Of a stretch of DNA of 35,355 nt, positions 1 through 9,985 are shown in pieces; within the stretch, counting starts at the first letter, position 1, and every line of letters begins with the position of its first letter. The DNA lies in the NCBI GenBank assembly GCA_043778225.1, contig JAYWGM010000027.1:1-35355 (forward strand). The letters are read 5' to 3'. The notes beneath the pieces are model-generated. The model was given only the letters and a program-made list of their open reading frames with translations, made no database searches and was not told where the DNA came from. The DNA comes from Deinococcales bacterium. GTDB lineage: Bacteria; Deinococcota; Deinococci; Deinococcales; JAAFIG01. The position numbers and the translations under genes were made by a program.

Positions 1-196
1 ACGAGCAAGAACAGATTTGCCGTTTTGTGAAAAATCTAAAATGCGCGACCATGCCCGTCAGGTGCGTGTTTATGGTCAAGACAGGCGGGAGATACTTAGC
101 AATAGTTTGTAGTCAGACACGATACTGGCTTTTACTGCGATTTGTAGGACTCATAAACGAGTCCCAAGAAAAGCCATGCTCACATTAGGAGCAGCT

Positions 197-331
197 ATGA
201 AAAACAGCAGCGAAAACAACACTAAAAGTGCCTTCGAGCGCAGCGCCGAACACCAAATTATGCGGACTCGAGAAGTGCTGGCGGCGCAGGGCGCTCAAGA
301 GATTGAAGTCTCGAGCAGGTCGGCTGCATGA
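197..331 (+). CDS. Small 44-aa ORF (MKNSSENNTKSAFERSAEHQIMRTREVLAAQGAQEIEVSSRSAA), translationally coupled to the next gene
   Basis: AGGAG at 187-191, ATG at 197. The TGA at 329-331 overlaps the ATG at 328 (ATGA). Not in the ORF track (below its size cut-off). Confidence 0.5.
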   Translation: MKNSSENNTKSAFERSAEHQIMRTREVLAAQGAQEIEVSSRSAA

Positions 332-1188
332 AAACAGTTCTGGTAACAGGTGCAACGGGCAATGTTGGCTTTGAAGTGGTGCAGCACTTAAAAACCCGAG
401 GGGTCAAGGTACGGGTAGCCATCACCAACCCTGAACAGTCCAAAAGACATTTTGACCCAGACATCGAAGTGGTGCGCTTTATTTTTGGCGAGCCAAGCAC
501 TTATCTGCCAGCTTTGACAGGCGTGGACGCAGTTTTCTTGTTGCGTCCACCGCAAATCAGTAATGCCAAAAAATTCATCAATCCATTTATTGATGCTGCC
601 AAAGTGCTTGGAGTTCGAGCCATGACTTTTTTGTCGGTACAGGGCGCTCAAGCCAACCCACTTGTGCCGCACCATGCCATCGAGCAGCACTTAAAAACCT
701 CGGGTCTCGAGTACAGTTTTTTACGAGCCGCATTTTTTATGCAAAATTTGACCAATGCTCACCACCAAGACATTTTGCAACACAACGACATCATGATTCC
801 AGCCGCCAATGGCAAAACGGCATTTGTGGATGTCCGCGACCTAGCAGCCGTAGCAGCCATCACCCTGACCGAAACTGGACACGCCAATACCGCTTATGAA
901 CTGACCGGCAGCCAAGCCCTAACTTACGACCAAGTCGCCCAAATACTGAGCCAAATTTTAGGACGCACAATCCGCTATTCGCACCCCAATGTGCTGCAAT
1001 TTTGGCAACGGCGTTACCAGTACCAAGAACCGATTGGGTTTATTTTGGTCATGACCGCACTTTATACAGTGGCTGCACTAGGACAAGCTGGACACCTGAC
1101 CACCGATACCAAACGCCTTTTAGGGCGCGAACCAATAACCTTCGAGCAATTTGCTCGAGACCATGCCAGTGCTTGGCTGCCAGCCTGA
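328..1188 (+). CDS. NmrA/SDR-like NAD(P)-binding oxidoreductase
   Basis: N-terminal Rossmann motif VLVTGATGNVG; NmrA-like segments AFVDVRDLAAVAA and YELTGSQALTY; 286 aa. Confidence 0.9.
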   Translation: MKTVLVTGATGNVGFEVVQHLKTRGVKVRVAITNPEQSKRHFDPDIEVVRFIFGEPSTYLPALTGVDAVFLLRPPQISNAKKFINPFIDAAKVLGVRAMTFLSVQGAQANPLVPHHAIEQHLKTSGLEYSFLRAAFFMQNLTNAHHQDILQHNDIMIPAANGKTAFVDVRDLAAVAAITLTETGHANTAYELTGSQALTYDQVAQILSQILGRTIRYSHPNVLQFWQRRYQYQEPIGFILVMTALYTVAALGQAGHLTTDTKRLLGREPITFEQFARDHASAWLPA

Positions 1189-1254
1189 GCCGAAATGCCA
1201 AAATCAATTCCTGCCACTGCCCACTCACTCGAGCCACTCGCCTAAAGGATACCC

Positions 1255-3747
1255 ATGCCTCAACCATCCATTCAAAAACAAAAACCAGTCATTATTACGG
1301 GTTTAAGCGATGCGGCTGTGGCGCAATCGTCGGCTCGGTTTGGCTTTAATAAACTGCTGCTAAGCACCAAACCACGTTTTTTCGAGATGCTAAAAGATGT
1401 GGTTCTCGAGCCAATGTTCTTACTTTTGGTGGTGGCTTGTGCGGTCTATTTTACGCTTGGTAAAAGCGAAGAAGCGATTACTTTAATTGTTGCCTTATTT
1501 TTGGTGGCTGGCATTTCGTTGTACCAAACGGTTCGCAGTAATCAGGCTTTGGGCGCTCTGCACGATTTAACGCAACCCAAAGCACAGGTCTGGCGCAATG
1601 GTGCAGTAATAACCCTAGCAGTCGAAAAAATCGTGGTCGGTGATTGGGTTGCGACCACCGAAGGTGAGCGTATACCAGCCGATGCTTTAATCAAAGACAG
1701 TCAGGACTTTTCTTTGGACGAATCGGTTTTGACGGGCGAATCGGTAGCGGTGACTAAAGCTGCACAGGACACCGTTTTTGCGGGTACAAGCATAAGTACA
1801 GGCAGTGCTTTACTCGAGGTTACTGCGATTGGCGCAAAAACCAAAATTGGTCAGATTGGAACAAGCATGGCGGTTATAGAAACCGAAAAAACCCCGTTGC
1901 AGCTTCAGATTAACCATTTTGTCCTGAGAATGGCGTGGGTCGGCGCGGCAGCTTTTGTACTGGTGGGCGCAGTTAATTATGCCCGTTCAGGCGATTGGAT
2001 TACGGCACTGCTGTTTAGTTTAACGCTGGTGATGGCGCTTTTGCCCGAAGAAATTCCAGTCGCGTTTAGCAGTTTTATGGCACTAGGCGCAGCTCGATTA
2101 AGTAAAATTGGCGTGCTGACCAAACAACCACAAACCGTTGAAAGCCTTGGTTCTGCCACGGTAATTTGCTCGGATAAGACTGGCACAATTACCCAAGATG
2201 GCATGACGTTAAGTAAAATTTATGACGGCACAAGTAAAACTGTTCTTTCGCTCGAGTCGCCGCTTTCGGTCTCGAGCTTAGAAATACTGGCATTTGCGCG
2301 TTGGGCAAGTGAAGATAAACCATTTGACGCAATGGAACACGCACTGGTCAATGCTTTTGAAAAGTCTGACCAAGCCAACATAACCGCCTATCCGATGGTT
2401 CACGAATATCCCCTGGATGGCACACCACCGATGATGACCCATGTGCGCCAAACTCCAACTGGTCATGTGCTGGTGGCAGGAAAAGGCGCAGTGGCTCATA
2501 TTCTGGCAGTCTGTAAACCAGAAGCTGGCATTGCCGCCGAGATTCTAAGCATCACCAAAGAACTCTCGAGCCAAGGGCTGCGGGTGCTGGGCGTGGCAAA
2601 AGGTGCGTACACTGCCCCGAATTACCCAAAGCAACAAGATGATTTTACTTGGACTTTTCTTGGTTTAGTAGCCCTCGAGAATCCACCCAAAGCCAATGCT
2701 GCCAGTACAATTAAAGCCTTTACCGAAGCTGGAATAAAAGTCAAGCTCATCACTGGAGATTACCTCGAGACTGCCCAAGCCATTGCTCGGCAAATCGGGT
2801 TGCCAAAATCCGAAACCTTTATGACTGGCGAACAAGTCATGGCTTTAGATGCGGCTGGGTTACAAAAAAAAGTGACCGACACCGCGATTTTTGCCAGAAT
2901 GTTTCCCGAGGCAAAACTAAAAGTCGTCGAAGCCCTAAAAGCCAACGGCGAAGTGGTCGCCATGACTGGCGATGGGGTCAACGATGGACCCGCCCTCAAA
3001 GCTGCTCACATTGGTGTGGCAATGGGTCAGCGCGGCTCAGAAGTGGCGCGACAAGCGGCTTCGCTGGTTTTGGTCAACGATGACCTTGGCAAAATGGTGG
3101 ATGCAATTGCCCAAGGCAGACGAATTTATCAGAATCTCAAAAAAGCCATTTTGTACATTGTGGGTATTCATATTCCAATTATTTTGGTGGTGGCAATCCC
3201 ATTACTTGCCGATTGGAAATGGTCAAATATATTCACACCAATTCACATTATTTTTTTAGAACTTGTGATGGGTCCAACCTGTTCAATTGCCTTTGAAAAC
3301 GAACCTGCCGAAGCTGGGCAAATGCAGCAAGCGCCGCGCAAACTGACCGATACTTTTTTATCGGGTTCAGAATTACGGCGCAGCGTAGCACAGGGTTTAG
3401 GAATCGCTTTTGCAGTGTTAAGTATTTACTACGTAGCAATGCAGAACGGCTCGAGTCTCGAGGTGGTACGAACCCTTGTTTTTAGTACGCTGGTGCTAAG
3501 TAACATTTTTTTAACACTGGTTAATCGTTCGCTGCGTTTATTTGTGTTTCAGACCCTCGGTGTACCCAATAAGCTGCTTTGGCTAATGTTGGGCGTAACA
3601 CTTTTACTTTTACTAACAACCCTATTTTTTGAACCAGCCCAAAATTTATTTGGTTTTACGGCTGTTCCACTGACAGATTTGGCATGGGCAGCCTTAGCAG
3701 CTTTTCTGGGCGTGGTTTGGATTGAAATTTATAAAGCACTTGCTTAG
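1255..3747 (+). CDS. Cation-translocating P-type ATPase (P2A/Ca2+-type likely)
   Basis: LTGES, PEEIP, phosphorylation motif CSDKTGT, TGD, MTGDGVNDGPALK; multiple TM segments. Confidence 0.95.
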   Translation: MPQPSIQKQKPVIITGLSDAAVAQSSARFGFNKLLLSTKPRFFEMLKDVVLEPMFLLLVVACAVYFTLGKSEEAITLIVALFLVAGISLYQTVRSNQALGALHDLTQPKAQVWRNGAVITLAVEKIVVGDWVATTEGERIPADALIKDSQDFSLDESVLTGESVAVTKAAQDTVFAGTSISTGSALLEVTAIGAKTKIGQIGTSMAVIETEKTPLQLQINHFVLRMAWVGAAAFVLVGAVNYARSGDWITALLFSLTLVMALLPEEIPVAFSSFMALGAARLSKIGVLTKQPQTVESLGSATVICSDKTGTITQDGMTLSKIYDGTSKTVLSLESPLSVSSLEILAFARWASEDKPFDAMEHALVNAFEKSDQANITAYPMVHEYPLDGTPPMMTHVRQTPTGHVLVAGKGAVAHILAVCKPEAGIAAEILSITKELSSQGLRVLGVAKGAYTAPNYPKQQDDFTWTFLGLVALENPPKANAASTIKAFTEAGIKVKLITGDYLETAQAIARQIGLPKSETFMTGEQVMALDAAGLQKKVTDTAIFARMFPEAKLKVVEALKANGEVVAMTGDGVNDGPALKAAHIGVAMGQRGSEVARQAASLVLVNDDLGKMVDAIAQGRRIYQNLKKAILYIVGIHIPIILVVAIPLLADWKWSNIFTPIHIIFLELVMGPTCSIAFENEPAEAGQMQQAPRKLTDTFLSGSELRRSVAQGLGIAFAVLSIYYVAMQNGSSLEVVRTLVFSTLVLSNIFLTLVNRSLRLFVFQTLGVPNKLLWLMLGVTLLLLLTTLFFEPAQNLFGFTAVPLTDLAWAALAAFLGVVWIEIYKALA

Positions 3748-3800
3748 TCAACTCATCGCAAAGCTCACTTGGTTGTATCAGCACACAAAGGAGAAACATC

Positions 3801-4091
3801 ATGACCCCTAAAACCCAAGAATTAAAACTGAGCGGCGAAAGCCTTGTCAGTAAACTTAAAGAACTGGTTCACGAAGGCGATATTCGCCGCATCACGATTA
3901 AAAACGAAGAAGAGCATACTTTAATCGAAATTCCACTCACGATTGGCGTGGTTGGGGCGTTACTGCTGCCTGTCTGGGCAGCCATCGGCGCAATTGCAGC
4001 TTTAGCAGCCAGCCTAACGATTGTCGTAGAACGCACCGATACGACTTCAGAAACGCAACCAGATTCAGCCACTACACCAGATTCGTTATGA
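3801..4091 (+). CDS. DUF4342-family small protein
   Basis: LVSKLKELVHEGDIRRITIK...EIPLTIGVVGALLLPVWAAIGAIAAL pattern; SD AAGGAG upstream. Confidence 0.85.
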   Translation: MTPKTQELKLSGESLVSKLKELVHEGDIRRITIKNEEEHTLIEIPLTIGVVGALLLPVWAAIGAIAALAASLTIVVERTDTTSETQPDSATTPDSL

Positions 4092-4278
4092 CCTTGTTGA
4101 TGAAGGAAATACCCATGAACGCAAATTTTGTCATGAAATTTGACACCTCTGCTCAAGCGAAAACAATTTCGACACTCGAGGTTTGACAATCCCGTCTGAA
4201 GAGCTAAAAGAGGTTTTTGCGAACTTAGCCACCAAATTTTTCTTGGTTTTACGCTCGAGTTGCTTAGAGTGGCTAGGT

Positions 4279-4788
4279 TCAAAAATTTGGCAAATAAAAT
4301 AGTAAATCAAGGGCTGGCGGCTTGATGCCTTGCATCCGCAGCATAATTGCAATCTGAGCGCAATGGCGCATCTCGTGGGTTAAAACGTGCCACAGCACCC
4401 CATCCAATTTGTAGCGCTCGGTTGGCGAATCCTCCACGACCCGTTCTAATTGGCTCTCGGTCAAGGTCGTAAAATAGCTTTTATTGCGCTGCTCGACTGC
4501 TTTCCAATACTCCAAAAGCATCTCAAGTGCCAAACCCGAACAGTCTGGGCTGTCGCCAAGTTGCTTGAGGGCTGGAAAATGTTCCAATACTGGCTGGTCG
4601 CCCAAAACAGTGCAATGCAGCCAGCCATCCTCGACCATCGGAATATGAAACAGATGGTCTTTAATGCACCTAAAGCGCCTACCCTCGAGCAACGGACGAG
4701 CCAGCACCTCATCTGGTGTGTTCTCGAGAACCGCCCATAAATCCCGACGGGCGCGAATCAGATAATCGTAAATCTGTGGGATATTCAT
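4279..4788 (-). CDS. DinB/YfiT-family protein
   Basis: His motifs DHLFHIPMVEDGW and LWHVLTHEMRHCAQI. Confidence 0.9.
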   Translation of the reverse strand: MNIPQIYDYLIRARRDLWAVLENTPDEVLARPLLEGRRFRCIKDHLFHIPMVEDGWLHCTVLGDQPVLEHFPALKQLGDSPDCSGLALEMLLEYWKAVEQRNKSYFTTLTESQLERVVEDSPTERYKLDGVLWHVLTHEMRHCAQIAIMLRMQGIKPPALDLLFYLPNF

Positions 4789-5207
4789 GGTTTTACCGTC
4801 TTTGGGACTAAATCAAACCGAAAAGTGCGTTCTTGCTTTGCGCCATTGGCTAAATCCCGAAAAAGTCGCAACTCGAGCGAAGTGGCTGGAATCCCGCTCG
4901 GTAAGTTCTTTTGAATCACCTCGAGCATTTGTTTGGCGGTTTTTTCGGCTTGTGCGCCCTCGGAGGGATTAAATGGCACAGGCGCACTGAGTTTAAGGGT
5001 GGTTTTGCCGTTGTTGGTTTGAACCTGAAAATTTAAGCCTTTTAAGTTTGGCACGACTTTTTTAAGCTCCGACTCGAGGTTTTGCAAACTTGCCAAACCT
5101 TGGGTGATGGTTGGACCCGCCTGATTCCAAATCCACAGTCCACCCGCCACCAAGCCGCCAACAATCAGCAGCGCCACAACGCCGCAACCAATCAAGAAAC
5201 CTTTCAT
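4785..5207 (-). CDS. Hypothetical membrane-anchored protein
   Basis: N-terminal hydrophobic helix (LIGCGVVALLIVGGLVAGGLWIW); TATACT 6 nt upstream of the ATG; ATGA overlap with the DinB gene. Confidence 0.8.
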   Translation of the reverse strand: MKGFLIGCGVVALLIVGGLVAGGLWIWNQAGPTITQGLASLQNLESELKKVVPNLKGLNFQVQTNNGKTTLKLSAPVPFNPSEGAQAEKTAKQMLEVIQKNLPSGIPATSLELRLFRDLANGAKQERTFRFDLVPKTVKP

Positions 5208-5247
5208 GGCTCGAGTATAGAAGAAAATAAAATGATAACCTTAATAG

Positions 5248-5766
5248 GTGCTTGAACGCCTCAGACCCAAAGATTTAATCGGCAGTGTTTTTGAAATCAC
5301 CCCCGCTTTTCTCGAGCAACGCGGCTTAAAAGCGCTGCTGCTCGATATAGACAATACCCTTGTGCCGCATGGCAAACTCGAGACCCCCGAAGCCGACCTC
5401 GAGCGGGTACGGCTTTGGCTCGAGCCACTTTTTTTGGCGGGTATTGGGCTAAGAATTGTCTCTAATGCTCGAACTGCGCGGATTGACTTTCATGCCAAAG
5501 CATTTGGGCTAAAAGCTGTTGGCACGGGAAAGACCGCCGGTAAGCCATTTGTGGCTGTTTTTCGTACTGCAATTCAAGAATTAAAACTGCCCGCTTTTCA
5601 GATTGCGATGCTTGGCGATCAGGTCTTTACCGATGTGTTGGGGGCAAATAACGCTGGTATCCACAGCATTCTGGTGCGCCCAATGTCGGATAACGCGATG
5701 CCGCACACCCACCTAGCACGAATGCTCGAGCGCTTGGTCTTAAAGCGCTTTGGTTTATCGTGGTAG
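5248..5766 (+). CDS. yqeG: YqeG-family HAD IIIA phosphatase
   Basis: LLDIDNTLV, IVSNA, KP, MLGDQVFTDVLGANNAG motifs. Confidence 0.9.
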   Translation: MLERLRPKDLIGSVFEITPAFLEQRGLKALLLDIDNTLVPHGKLETPEADLERVRLWLEPLFLAGIGLRIVSNARTARIDFHAKAFGLKAVGTGKTAGKPFVAVFRTAIQELKLPAFQIAMLGDQVFTDVLGANNAGIHSILVRPMSDNAMPHTHLARMLERLVLKRFGLSW

Positions 5767-5788
5767 AATTTGGTATAAACTAAGCTGT

Positions 5789-7210
5789 ATGACAATCAAA
5801 CTTCCTGTTCGCACGGCGGATATTCTCAGTGGTACATACACGGCTGGGTTACGTGATGAATTGGCTTTTGGTAACGGCGACTTGTTTCGTGTTTTTGACG
5901 CAATTGGTATTGCTGGACCGTTTAAGACCCTGACTCCGTGGGAACTCGAGGATGCTCATGGCTTGCATAAAATTAACGCGGGTGGCTACTCTGCCATTCC
6001 ATTTGGCGACCAGTACCCGCCGTTGATCGAATTCTTACAAGATTTTTTAGCCAGAGACCGCACAATTGGCTTGCCTTCACAGAGCATCAGCCATTGGCGC
6101 TCGGCACTCGAGGCAAATTTGGTGGCACTGCTGGCACAATTTGCGCCAAGTCACGCCGATTCAAAAGTTTTTTTTAGTAATTCTGGGGCTGAAGCAATCG
6201 AAACTGCCCTCAAATTTGTCAAAGTTGCCCGCCCAAAAGCCAAGCAGATTATCAATTTTAAGGGTGCGTACCACGGAAAAACCTTTGGGGCATTATCGCT
6301 CACCCCCAATGCTGAGTATCAAATCCCTTTTCGTCCACTCATGCCCGACATCACGACCTTACCTTTTGGCGACCTCGAGGCATTCAGCAGCGCCATTCAA
6401 AAACTGGGAGCAGACAGTATTTGTGCCGTGATTCTTGAGCCAATCCAAGGCGAAGCTGGGGTGATTAGCCCACCGACTGGTTTTTTAGCTGGGGTCGGCG
6501 ACATCTGCCGTAAAAATGGAATTATTGTGATTGCCGACGAGATTCAAACTGGTTTAGGGCGGACAGGGCATTACTTTGCCAGCATTGCCGACGGTTTAGA
6601 ACCCGACATCATCACCCTCGCTAAGCCACTTGGTGGTGGCATTGTCCCAATTGGCGCGACCATCGCCCGCAAAAAAATCTTTAATGCGCTGTTTGCTGGC
6701 TTATCGAGTAAATTACACAGCAACACTTTTGGTGGCAACAGCCTTGCCATGGCAATTGGTATTCGTTGCCTCGAGTTGATTGTTGACCAAAACCTGCCGG
6801 CGCGTTCGGCTCGGCTTGGCAAGCTCGGACTGGAGCGTTTATATGCCTTAAAAGCCAAGTATCCAGCTTTGCTCGAGGATGTGCGTGGGGCTGGCTTATT
6901 GTTGGCTTTGCAGTTTCGTACCGTTTTACCGCCAAAAATCATTCCGGGACTCGAGGAATTGGTCAGCGAACTGAGCGGCATCTTGGCAGTTCGCACAATT
7001 TACGAAGGCGGTGTGGTGGCAAATTTCTCGATTTCGAGTAAGCGCGTCGCAAGGCTGACCCCAGCCCTCAACATCCCCGAAGATGTCTTTGAAAGGCTTA
7101 TCTCGAGTGTCGAAAGCACCATGGTTTCTTGTAAAACCGCCAACACGATGCTGCGGAGAATGCCTTTAGACCGTTTATATCGCCTTGCCCGTTTGGGTTT
7201 TGCCAAGTGA
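5789..7210 (+). CDS. Class III PLP-dependent aminotransferase (acetylornithine/putrescine aminotransferase-like)
   Basis: NSGAEAIE, AYHGKTFG, EPIQGEAG, DEIQTGLGRTG, TLAKPLGGG (PLP Lys). Start moved to ATG 5789, which has TAAACT 7 nt upstream. Confidence 0.9.
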   Translation: MTIKLPVRTADILSGTYTAGLRDELAFGNGDLFRVFDAIGIAGPFKTLTPWELEDAHGLHKINAGGYSAIPFGDQYPPLIEFLQDFLARDRTIGLPSQSISHWRSALEANLVALLAQFAPSHADSKVFFSNSGAEAIETALKFVKVARPKAKQIINFKGAYHGKTFGALSLTPNAEYQIPFRPLMPDITTLPFGDLEAFSSAIQKLGADSICAVILEPIQGEAGVISPPTGFLAGVGDICRKNGIIVIADEIQTGLGRTGHYFASIADGLEPDIITLAKPLGGGIVPIGATIARKKIFNALFAGLSSKLHSNTFGGNSLAMAIGIRCLELIVDQNLPARSARLGKLGLERLYALKAKYPALLEDVRGAGLLLALQFRTVLPPKIIPGLEELVSELSGILAVRTIYEGGVVANFSISSKRVARLTPALNIPEDVFERLISSVESTMVSCKTANTMLRRMPLDRLYRLARLGFAK

Positions 7211-7247
7211 ACTCCCTTTTTTGTCTTGGGTGCGTTACAATGGTTCT

Positions 7248-7676
7248 ATGGCAGACATCCTAACCGCCGATGATTCGGAACAAATTCGCAGTCTCCTCGA
7301 GATGATTCTCTCGGCAGATGGGCATAACGTGATTCAAACCAACGATGGTCGGGCAGCCTTGGCTTGGCTCAAAGACAACACCCCAGACCTGATGATTCTT
7401 GATGTCACAATGCCCTACTTGGATGGAATCGAAGTCTGCTCTCGAGCCAAGCGGGTCTCGAGGTTGCGGGCTACGCCAATTATTATTTTGACCGCCCACA
7501 CCGATGACGAATCGCGCCAACGGGCTAAACTGGCTGGAGCAGATGCCTTTGTCAATAAACCCCTGTCTGGTAAAAACTTGCGCTCGACCATTCAAGAAAT
7601 GCTGGTCAAACGCAAAGAATTAAAAGCCAAAATGGATGCCGAAGATGCAGCTGCCTCGCCGGATGCGGCGTTTTAA
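7248..7676 (+). CDS. Single-domain (CheY-like) response regulator
   Basis: ILTADD, LMILDVTMPYLDG, IILTA, FVNKP; TACAAT 6 nt before ATG 7248. Confidence 0.92.
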   Translation: MADILTADDSEQIRSLLEMILSADGHNVIQTNDGRAALAWLKDNTPDLMILDVTMPYLDGIEVCSRAKRVSRLRATPIIILTAHTDDESRQRAKLAGADAFVNKPLSGKNLRSTIQEMLVKRKELKAKMDAEDAAASPDAAF

Positions 7677-9085
7677 GATAAATTGCTGATAAATTTATGC
7701 CACCCGCTCGAGGCTTCGGGCAGGGCATCGCGCTCGGTTTCGGGTTGCAAGACACCATCGGCATAGGCACGCACCACCAATTGATGTGGACCTGCGGCGG
7801 GTGTCCATGGGCTGCGCCATTGTGTCCAAGCATATTTTGAACGGCGCGGTAAAATTTCAGCAACAACCCAGTTCAAACCGCCGTCGCTCGAGACCTCAAC
7901 TTTGGTGATGGTGGTGTTCCCCGAAAAGGCAATCCCCGAAATTTCTTTAATCGCATCGGCTTTTAGAAAGCCAGCGTTTTCGTTGGGGCTGTCGATGCGG
8001 CTCATGGTTTGGGCATACGCCTCCTTGCTCCAGCCACGTTCGACCCAATAACCCACTTGGTCGGTGGCAGACAGTTCAATGCCCGTAATCCAACGCGGTT
8101 GTTTCATGCCAAGTCGTCCGGGGATAATGACACGCAATGGAAAACCGTGCTTTTGCGATAACGGCTCGTAATTCATGGCATAGACCAGCATCACATCCTG
8201 CTCGAGGGCGGCTTGGAGTGGCAGGGATTCAGTATATCCATCGGCAGCTTTCCACAACAAAAACCGTGCTTCTTTTTGTATACCAACCTCGAGCAACAAG
8301 TCGCTCAGGGCAAAACCAGTCCAGATTGCGTTGCCAATTAAGCCGCCACCAACCGCATTAGAAATACAGACCATCGTGGCTTCTAAATCTCGAGCCGGAC
8401 GGACTTGGAGGTCTTCGAGGGTATAGCTTTTTTTACTTTTGACCAAGCCTTTGATTTCTAAATTCCAATTTTTTGCCTCGAGTTTTGGGTCAAAGGCTTC
8501 AAGGTTTTTAGAAATACTATAAAAGTCGGCTTGTGGCGTAATTCCCAAGGGCAACTTGGCGTTGCGAACGGCTGCCACGGCTGGGGTCGAGCTTGGAAAA
8601 AGGGTACGAACCAGTGCCGCCGCCCCACCAAAAACCAATGTACCACTGCCAACACTGAGCCACTTTAAGCTGCTGCGCCGCGAGTCAGAAAAACCCGCAA
8701 CCTGAGACTCGAGTAAAATCCGAATCCCCAAGTAAACCAGCGCGGTTGGAATGGCTACCCAGAACGGCACAAGCCATAAGCAAACCAGCAACACCACTAC
8801 GCTTGCAATCAGTGGGCTGACCACGCCCAAGGCACTGAGCAGCACCAACCACAGCCCAAGGCTGCCGGCAAAAGCAAAAACCTTGCCGCCAGCCCCATAG
8901 CCAAGAAAGCGATGAATGATTTGAAACATTTGTGGTGTTCCCAAAAACTGGGTTAAGCGGTTAAATAATTCTTGCAATGGAAATGGCGCACTCAGCAACA
9001 AGCGTGCCAGTAAACCCAGAACAGTGATCAGAACCACCGCATTAAAACCACGCAACCAAGCTGCCAGATTCCAAGTTATTTTCAT
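7673..9085 (-). CDS. Membrane-anchored sulfite oxidase-family molybdopterin oxidoreductase
   Basis: N-terminal TM bundle, internal Tat-like SRRSSLK, Moco Cys in MVCISN, HGFPLRVIIPG, GYWVERGW, C-terminal Ig-like dimerisation domain. Confidence 0.9.
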   Translation of the reverse strand: MKITWNLAAWLRGFNAVVLITVLGLLARLLLSAPFPLQELFNRLTQFLGTPQMFQIIHRFLGYGAGGKVFAFAGSLGLWLVLLSALGVVSPLIASVVVLLVCLWLVPFWVAIPTALVYLGIRILLESQVAGFSDSRRSSLKWLSVGSGTLVFGGAAALVRTLFPSSTPAVAAVRNAKLPLGITPQADFYSISKNLEAFDPKLEAKNWNLEIKGLVKSKKSYTLEDLQVRPARDLEATMVCISNAVGGGLIGNAIWTGFALSDLLLEVGIQKEARFLLWKAADGYTESLPLQAALEQDVMLVYAMNYEPLSQKHGFPLRVIIPGRLGMKQPRWITGIELSATDQVGYWVERGWSKEAYAQTMSRIDSPNENAGFLKADAIKEISGIAFSGNTTITKVEVSSDGGLNWVVAEILPRRSKYAWTQWRSPWTPAAGPHQLVVRAYADGVLQPETERDALPEASSGWHKFISNLS

Positions 9086-9095
9086 ACCTAAGACA

Positions 9096-9173
9096 TACGC
9101 GATACCCAACCCTTTTGGACTCGAGCCTCAAAGTCAACTCGAGTTCACATCCAAAATAATTTATGGCTTCGTA
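9096..9173. promoter_or_regulatory. Pair of divergent ECF-sigma-type promoters
   Basis: Plus strand: CATCC(9148-9152)-N17-CGTA(9170-9173). Minus strand: AGTCC(9121-9117)-N17-CGTA(9099-9096). Confidence 0.55.
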
Positions 9174-9220
9174 CATCCAAAGTGAGAATGGAAGACTTCC
9201 GTTCAAGCTCTGGAGGATTT

Positions 9221-9940
9221 ATGAAAAAAGTAATGTTCTTAGCAGTTCTTGGTGCAGCAACGGTTTCATTGGCTTTGGCAAATCAAATGCAGAAAGTTGG
9301 CTATGTGCGTGTGGTTCATGCCATTTCCGATGCCCCTGCGGTGGATGTCTACTTAAAAGGCATGGACGGCATGGAGATTAAAACCGTCGATGGCGCACCG
9401 TACACTGGCGTGACCTCGTATGGTGATGTCCCAGTTGGTAAGTACGATGTCACCGTCACCGTGGCAAAGGACAAAGCAGCCGTGTTGTTCAAAGTACCAG
9501 GCTTTGAAGTCAAAGCCTCGACTTATACCACTGTTGCCGCCGTCAATTTGGCAGCCGACCGCGCTCTACAAATTTTTAATGACCGCGCTCCAAACCGCAA
9601 CAAAGACAAAGCCCAAATCACGGTTTACCACCTCTCGTACAAGTCGCCAAATGTGGATGCCCTTGCCCCAGACTTAATGAACGCTAAAGTGATTAAAAAC
9701 CTGATGTACCGTAAAAGCCAAACTGTTTTGGTCAGCCCAATGGGTGTCAACTTAAACGTTGTTCCGGCTGGCGCAATGACCCCAGTGGTTTTTAACCTCA
9801 AAGGCATCAGTGTAGCGGGTGGCAAGTCCTACAGCGTCTTTGCGCTTGGTCTGCTCGATGGCAAAGATGCGGCTGCCTTTAAGCTCCAACCCAACGAAGA
9901 TAAAGTGGTCAAAGGTTCAATGGGCTTTGGCAGCAAGTAA
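9221..9940 (+). CDS. Secreted DUF4397-domain protein
   Basis: SD GGAGG, signal peptide MKKVMFLAVLGAATVSLALA, VRVVHAISDAPAVDVY and a second repeat ITVYHLSYKSPNVDA. Confidence 0.85.
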   Translation: MKKVMFLAVLGAATVSLALANQMQKVGYVRVVHAISDAPAVDVYLKGMDGMEIKTVDGAPYTGVTSYGDVPVGKYDVTVTVAKDKAAVLFKVPGFEVKASTYTTVAAVNLAADRALQIFNDRAPNRNKDKAQITVYHLSYKSPNVDALAPDLMNAKVIKNLMYRKSQTVLVSPMGVNLNVVPAGAMTPVVFNLKGISVAGGKSYSVFALGLLDGKDAAAFKLQPNEDKVVKGSMGFGSK

Positions 9941-9955
9941 TACCAAAGCACCTTA

Positions 9956-9985
9956 ACCCCCTCGAGACTCGAGGGGGTCTTTATT
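9956..9985. terminator. Intrinsic terminator between convergent genes
   Basis: ACCCCCTCGAG-A-CTCGAGGGGGT inverted repeat followed by CTTTATTT. Confidence 0.8.

Noticed and set aside
2..112. C-terminal fragment of an upstream gene (RARTDLPFCEKSKMRDHARQVRVYGQDRREILSNSL), vaguely like a phosphoketolase tail
   Set aside because: Too short and too divergent to assign.
4115..4186. 23-aa ORF MNANFVMKFDTSAQAKTISTLEV after an AAGGA
   Set aside because: Weak SD, no recognisable motif; indistinguishable from chance or a remnant.
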